Below are positions 7,086 to 12,021 of a stretch of 12,021 bases of DNA, in pieces. The DNA is from a bacterium (GTDB lineage: Bacteria; Babelota; Babeliae; Babelales; JAUWHS01). The position numbers and the translations under genes are program-made. Position 1 is the first letter of the stretch, and each line of letters begins with the position of its first letter. The DNA lies in assembly GCA_043818275.1 (NCBI GenBank), contig JBDRFY010000030.1, positions 1-12,021 on the forward strand. Reading direction: 5' to 3'. The notes beneath the pieces are model-generated. The model was not told the origin of the DNA. It saw nothing but the letters and a program-made list of their open reading frames with translations, and ran no database searches.

Positions 7086-8495
7086 ATGCATTTAAATTTA
7101 TCCTTTATAACGCAAAATTTTTCACAAGTTTCATTTTTAAATTTACCTAAAAATTTAAATCTGGCTGTTGATATTTCAATTGATTCAAGAACAATTAAAC
7201 CTGGCCAATTTTATCTGGCATTAAAGGGCGAAAATTTTGAAGGGCATCTGTTCATTAATGATGCTCTAAAAAATGGAGCCAGAGGTATAATAATAAATGA
7301 AAATCAAAAAAAACATCTTGAAAAAGTTAATAATAAATTTTTAGATGAAATTATTTTTTTGATTGTGGAGGATACACATAAATTTTTATTGGATTTAGCG
7401 CATTTATGGCGGCAAAGCTTTGACATTCCGGTTGTTGGTATTACCGGTTCAGTTGGCAAAACAACAACAAAACAAATGCTCGCTAATATTTTAAAAACAT
7501 CAAATATTAATTCTTTCATTTCTTTTAAAAATCAAAATAATTTAATTGGTCTTCCCTTAAATATTTTGAAATTAACCGATGAATATAAAGTTGCGGTTTT
7601 TGAATTGGGAATAAGCCGGCCAGGGGAAATGGAAATTTTGGCTGATATTTTGCGGCCAACGATTTGCATAATTACAAACATCTCTTCGGCGCATGTCTCT
7701 GGCCTGGGCAATCTTAAAAAAATTGCTGAAGAAAAATTAAAGATTTTTAAGTTTTTGAAAAATGATCAAATAGGTATTTTGTGGGGGGATCAGAATTTAA
7801 TAAAAAAATCCTTTAATCATCCGGTTGTTAAATTTGGATTTAAAAAATCAAATCATATTCAGGCCAGAAAAATAAAACTTATTTCAACTGAAGACAAAAA
7901 AATACAAGTTTCGTTTGAAATGTTTTTTTATCAACAAAGATTTCAGGTTAATTTAGCCATTGGTCATTCAGGATTTGTAAATAATGCGCTTGCAGCTGCC
8001 AGTGTTGCGCATTTTTTGGACATAGATTTAAAAACAATAATAGATTCACTTGAGAGTTATTCCGGTTTTGAGCAACGCTTTGAACAAGTTGAATTAAAAA
8101 ATAAAAAAGGTTTTTTAATTAATGATTGTTATAATGCATGTCCACAAAGTATGAAAGCTGCAATTCAGGCTTTTGATGAAATTAAAAATAATGGTCCAAA
8201 GATTGCAATTTTAGGAGACATGCTTGAATTGGGTAAAAAAAAGCTTTATTGGCACAGGCAGATTGGCCGCCTGATTGCCAAAAGTAAAACCATAACTAAT
8301 TTAATTTTAGTTGGGCAATGTAGCAAAGTGATTGCGCAAGTTCTTCCTTTTTCAATTAAAGTTGAAGTTGTAAACGATTGGCATGAAGCCAAAAATATTT
8401 ATTCAAAATTAATAAATCAAAAAAATAATTTAACTTTAGTAAAAGCATCCCATGGAATTGAGCTTTATAAATTGGTTCAGGAATTTATTCAGTAA
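7086..8495 (+). CDS. murF: UDP-N-acetylmuramoyl-tripeptide--D-alanyl-D-alanine ligase
   Basis: IDSRTIKPG, ALKGENFEGH, GITGSVGKTTTK P-loop, NNLIGLP, NNALAA, INDCYNACPQSM, ILGDMLELG, LVKASHG. Confidence 0.93.
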   Translation: MHLNLSFITQNFSQVSFLNLPKNLNLAVDISIDSRTIKPGQFYLALKGENFEGHLFINDALKNGARGIIINENQKKHLEKVNNKFLDEIIFLIVEDTHKFLLDLAHLWRQSFDIPVVGITGSVGKTTTKQMLANILKTSNINSFISFKNQNNLIGLPLNILKLTDEYKVAVFELGISRPGEMEILADILRPTICIITNISSAHVSGLGNLKKIAEEKLKIFKFLKNDQIGILWGDQNLIKKSFNHPVVKFGFKKSNHIQARKIKLISTEDKKIQVSFEMFFYQQRFQVNLAIGHSGFVNNALAAASVAHFLDIDLKTIIDSLESYSGFEQRFEQVELKNKKGFLINDCYNACPQSMKAAIQAFDEIKNNGPKIAILGDMLELGKKKLYWHRQIGRLIAKSKTITNLILVGQCSKVIAQVLPFSIKVEVVNDWHEAKNIYSKLINQKNNLTLVKASHGIELYKLVQEFIQ

Positions 8496-9039
8496 ATTTA
8501 AACCCGATTGATTTTTCTTTTCTACCATCTGATTTTATAGAAACGGTAGCAAAAAAAACTAAATCATTATTTTTGTCTCTATATCCAGGAATTTGACAAT
8601 AAAAGAATGCGCCTTTTTCTAATTCTATGTTTTCTAATTCGTCGGGGGTATACCTTTTTTCGATTAATTCATTAGCTTGCTCGTGAGAAATTTCTTTTAC
8701 TTGCATATCGGTTACAATCATAAATTTTAAATTTTGTTCTTCAGCTAAACAGTCAGGATTAATTCCAAGAATCCATTCATCAGACAGCTTATCGCTTTGT
8801 TCTTTTAATATCGGATAGGCAATCCATTTATAATTTGCATAAGAATAGTCTGACAGATAAGCAAAATAATCAAGCTTCTTGGGTTCAATTATTATTTCTT
8901 TTGTTAAGGAATTTGTGTCCGGTAAGGTTTCTCCTGTTGTAAGAGAGTTCTTTCGATTGATTTCATTTTCATCTAGCGCAAAAATATCGCAATTTAAAAT
9001 TACAGTTAAAATTAATAATAAATTTTTTAAAATTTTCAT
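8485..9039 (-). CDS. Hypothetical secreted protein
   Basis: 184-aa ORF, signal-peptide-like MKILKNLLLILTVILNCDIFA, GAGG RBS; 11-bp convergent overlap with murF. Confidence 0.7.
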   Translation of the reverse strand: MKILKNLLLILTVILNCDIFALDENEINRKNSLTTGETLPDTNSLTKEIIIEPKKLDYFAYLSDYSYANYKWIAYPILKEQSDKLSDEWILGINPDCLAEEQNLKFMIVTDMQVKEISHEQANELIEKRYTPDELENIELEKGAFFYCQIPGYRDKNNDLVFFATVSIKSDGRKEKSIGFKFTE

Positions 9040-9383
9040 TATTCCCTCGAATATTGTTTAGTTAAATATTTAATTATCTTTTAATAAATGTAATTAATTT
9101 TTAATTGCATTTCAACTGTGTCCATCCTTTTTTAGCAACATTCGCTTAAAAAACAGTAAAGAAACAAGCTTTTTGACTAAAGAGTTTTTCTGGCTGAATA
9201 ATTTTAGAAATGGTTCATATTTTTTTATTCTATCTTTAAAAATCAATATGTTTTGCCCCTAATTTTTAGTTGCTTGAGTGGTTGTAAAAAAATCTATAAG
9301 ATTCAAAATATATGTTTTGCTATACGCATTAAGATTCAATCAAAACTTTTGATTAAACAATTTGGGAGCGAGAGGGGAGAGCA

Positions 9384-9935
9384 ATGGAGCAAGAAGTTTT
9401 ACGGGAAACTTTTGAACAGCAACAAAGTATCATTAGATATCTTTCAGCATTACCACATAAGATTTTACAATTTCATGATCTTGATGGTCTTGCTCAGATG
9501 ATTTTGCATGAGCTTGCGCACAAGCCGGCATTTAATTTAAAAAGAGCAACATATCTGGTTGATAATCCAGACTTTGATCATTTGATTGGCGTTGCCGGTT
9601 TTGAAGAGCAAGAATGTCATTTGCACAAAGTTGATTTGTGGCAAAGTCCTGATTTATTTTCAAATGATATGCAGGAGGCAAATTTTCATAATGATATTAA
9701 AAAGTTTCTTAAAAATAGTCTGAAAAAAAATGATATAAATCTAAACAATTCACAAGAGGTTTCTGGGTTGGGGCATTTTTTGGGCATGAAAGAACCGGAT
9801 TATTTTTCCTGGAATATGAAACATGGTAATCATGGAATTTTGCTTTTTGATAAGGGAGAGCATGATTTGCCAGAATGGAAGCGAGAACTTTTAATGAACG
9901 CGGCGGCTCTTTTAAGTTTGTGTAGTATTTTATAA
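9384..9935 (+). CDS. Hypothetical protein, possibly GAF-like fold
   Basis: 183-aa ORF with a purine-rich RBS (GAGGGGAG); helix-helix-strand start and terminal GILLF strand plus helix are reminiscent of GAF domains (inference). Confidence 0.75.
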   Translation: MEQEVLRETFEQQQSIIRYLSALPHKILQFHDLDGLAQMILHELAHKPAFNLKRATYLVDNPDFDHLIGVAGFEEQECHLHKVDLWQSPDLFSNDMQEANFHNDIKKFLKNSLKKNDINLNNSQEVSGLGHFLGMKEPDYFSWNMKHGNHGILLFDKGEHDLPEWKRELLMNAAALLSLCSIL

Positions 9936-11732
9936 TTTTGTAAAAATGATTTTTATATTATCAAAAGATCCATTTTTTTGTCCGGTTAATTTTAAGCAGG
10001 GCTCAATTTTTCCATATGATTCAGAAAAAAATCCATTCGATTTTTCAAATTTTATATCTGAATATATTTTCAAAATTTCTTTTTTATCTTTTTTTATTAA
10101 CCAATAATTTTTTTGCTTTTCCAAAATTATTTTAGGGTGAAATATAAAATTCCATTCAATATCAAGATTTTTATTAAATGAATCATAAATTTCCAGTGTC
10201 TCTTTATCTGGATTATGAATTAATTTTCGATAAAGATTATTTGTATGATTTGAAAGAATTATATTATTTTCTCTATGTTCTATTGTTGCAATATCATTCT
10301 GTTTTTTCCTTGGTAATTGAAACAAATCTTCGAATTTACTTTGTTTTTTTTCAAAGAACGTATTATGACTTTGATAACTTCTGAAATAATTTCGGGCAAA
10401 AGAATTAGCTGTATAAACATATGTTCCTGGATCTACCAGAATTGGTATTCGATCAACACTTAAAGTGATGCTTAATTCATCCTGATGAAAATGACCTGTT
10501 GGTTGTTTTTTATTGAATGTTGGATGGCGAAACGTTATGTGACAATTATTTTTTTTAATAATTGTTAATCCAAAATTAGGATAGTGGGAATAATTTGATC
10601 GCTCGAATCCTTCGACTACGCTCAGGACGAGCGGGGGGCAATTTTTTTTTATATCCGTAAAAAATTGTTTTTTTGTTTTATATTTATTTTGAATAAAATT
10701 TGGCAAAGAATCCTTTCTTCGCTCGTCCTGCCTGCCCGTCGAAGTGCCGCCGTCTGGCGGTACGAAGACTGGAGCGTAGTCGAATGATAGCGAGCGATCA
10801 TCTAAGATCCTTCCGCTATCGTTATCTCCAATTTGTACAAAATTACCTGATTGATCGGTGCAATCATTTATAAATCTAATCATTTTGTTAAATTTTTCAT
10901 AAAAATGTTCAGGTAATTTTATATGATTGTTTTGGCAGAGTATTTTGAGATGCCAAAAAATTTCAGTTACAAATTTGTGATAATTTGTTGATCCTTCGTA
11001 ACTTGTTCCATCATCCTGAATTTGTTGATCAAATTGTTTTAATAATTTTTTAATAACCCATTTTTGTTTTTTTAAATTTTTAAAAAAAATTGTTAAATAA
11101 AAATATCCAATTAAATCAGATAAATAATGATTGTTTGGTTTATCTGATTCTTCAAAGTTGCCTTCAAGATAAATCATGTGTTCATGAAGAGAATTGGTAA
11201 ATTTTTGCAAAAAATCAGGTGAAATTGTTTTTGAATTTTTAAAAAATTGAAAAGCATAAATCCAATTTATTGCACGAATTGCAACTTCCATCGGACAAGC
11301 CCAATTTACGCCGAGCAAAAATGGATTATTATCAATCCAGTTATTTACTTGTTTTTGAAATTCTTGTGCGTTTTTTTCATCGTTTGTTTTGTGATAATCT
11401 TGTCCTAAGGAATATAAATTCTGAAATCGAGATTTTTCCCATGGAATTTTTATATCGGGATGGTAATCGAAAATATTATTATTTTTTACTGATTCTATTT
11501 TAATATCAGAGAAAAAAAGTAATTTATTTCCCCATGTCTTTGCTGCTTTTACAGTGTTGAAATCTTTTTGCCAACTTAAATCACATTTGTTTTTATTTTT
11601 TTGTAGGATTTTTTTTTTGAATTTAAAAAGGAATAACTTTTTTTGAGCTTTATTTTTTATTCTTTTGATTGTTCCAATTGGTCCGAGTTCAATTAATCTA
11701 TTTAATCTTTTGATAATATTTGTTTTATTCAT
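9930..11732 (-). CDS. Heparinase II/III-family protein carrying an in-frame palindromic insertion
   Basis: DIKIPWEKSRFQ, NWACPMEVAIRAINW, NNHYLSDLIG, EGSTNYH, IGDNDSG, GHFHQDELS, DPGTYVYT, RSYQSHNT motifs; 600 aa uninterrupted. Confidence 0.88.
   Translation of the reverse strand: MNKTNIIKRLNRLIELGPIGTIKRIKNKAQKKLFLFKFKKKILQKNKNKCDLSWQKDFNTVKAAKTWGNKLLFFSDIKIESVKNNNIFDYHPDIKIPWEKSRFQNLYSLGQDYHKTNDEKNAQEFQKQVNNWIDNNPFLLGVNWACPMEVAIRAINWIYAFQFFKNSKTISPDFLQKFTNSLHEHMIYLEGNFEESDKPNNHYLSDLIGYFYLTIFFKNLKKQKWVIKKLLKQFDQQIQDDGTSYEGSTNYHKFVTEIFWHLKILCQNNHIKLPEHFYEKFNKMIRFINDCTDQSGNFVQIGDNDSGRILDDRSLSFDYAPVFVPPDGGTSTGRQDERRKDSLPNFIQNKYKTKKQFFTDIKKNCPPLVLSVVEGFERSNYSHYPNFGLTIIKKNNCHITFRHPTFNKKQPTGHFHQDELSITLSVDRIPILVDPGTYVYTANSFARNYFRSYQSHNTFFEKKQSKFEDLFQLPRKKQNDIATIEHRENNIILSNHTNNLYRKLIHNPDKETLEIYDSFNKNLDIEWNFIFHPKIILEKQKNYWLIKKDKKEILKIYSDIKFEKSNGFFSESYGKIEPCLKLTGQKNGSFDNIKIIFTKL
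10596..10800. repeat. REP-like doublet (family B) inside the heparinase-family coding sequence
   Basis: Arm 10596-10633 (TGATCGCTCGAATCCTTCGACTACGCTCAGGACGAGCG) is complementary to 10720-10730 + 10773-10800 and closely matches 6712-6746. Confidence 0.88.
10731..10772. repeat. 42-bp GC-rich hairpin element interrupting the family B arm
   Basis: CCTGCCCGTCGAAGTGCCGCCGTCTGGCGGTACGAAGACTGG splits CGCTCGTCCTG|AGCGTAGTCGAA; internal stem GTGCCGCC-GTCT-GGCGGTAC; length is a multiple of 3. Confidence 0.8.
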
Positions 11733-11828
11733 AATGCCTTTTTAATTAAGTTAAGTTTGATTTTTAATACAAAATAAAGTATTTTTTGATTTTTTTCTAA
11801 CTCAATTTTAAAACATAGGCTTTTTGGC

Positions 11829-12021
11829 GTGATTAAAAATTTTTTAAAACTTTTCTTTCTATCATTTTTTTTATTAGGCAATTCTTTTTGTATTCCGCCA
11901 AAAAATAAAATTGGAAAATCAGTTGGGCCATGGCCTGCTTCAGAAGAAAAAAATAAGGATGAGGAAAATCGGCTTATTATGGAAAAGCTAAAAGAAATCC
12001 TGGAAAAAGAAGAAAAGAGCC
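11829..12021 (+). CDS. 5' end of a probable secreted protein running off the right edge
   Basis: GTG 11829 opens a frame to the window end: MIKNFLKLFFLSFFLLGNSFCIPPKNKIGKS...EILEKEEKS, signal-peptide-like; RBS weak. Confidence 0.55.
   Translation, partial: MIKNFLKLFFLSFFLLGNSFCIPPKNKIGKSVGPWPASEEKNKDEENRLIMEKLKEILEKEEKS

Noticed and set aside
8485..9935. Convergent 3' overlaps (8485-8495 and 9930-9935)
   Set aside because: Short tail-to-tail overlaps are ordinary in compact AT-rich genomes.
7304..11503. Short ORFs 7304-7519, 8879-9061, 9253-9501, 10178-10384, 11270-11503
   Set aside because: Overlap stronger ORFs; no motifs or convincing starts.

Overview
AT-rich bacterial window; gene content and style suggest a reduced host-associated lineage such as Ca. 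Dependentiae/TM6 (inference only). Coding content: a gene start running off the left edge, a 5'-truncated MutS-like ATPase fragment with a coiled-coil tail, aspartate 4-decarboxylase (aspD) next to a GadC-like APC permease, a P-loop hypothetical protein, a GNAT acetyltransferase, a stand-alone murF, two hypothetical proteins, a heparinase II/III-family protein, and a secreted protein running off the right edge. The most striking signal is a set of nested palindromic elements. At 6166-6904, two related MITE-like elements (16-bp imperfect TIRs) are inserted at the equivalent position in the two mirror arms of a host palindromic repeat. One has a 9-bp target duplication centred on the host hairpin axis, and each carries a different internal REP-like doublet. 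The same REP-like family sits in-frame inside the heparinase-family ORF (10596-10800) and is itself interrupted by a 42-bp hairpin element. Another palindromic family separates aspD from its permease. No transposase is encoded in the window.
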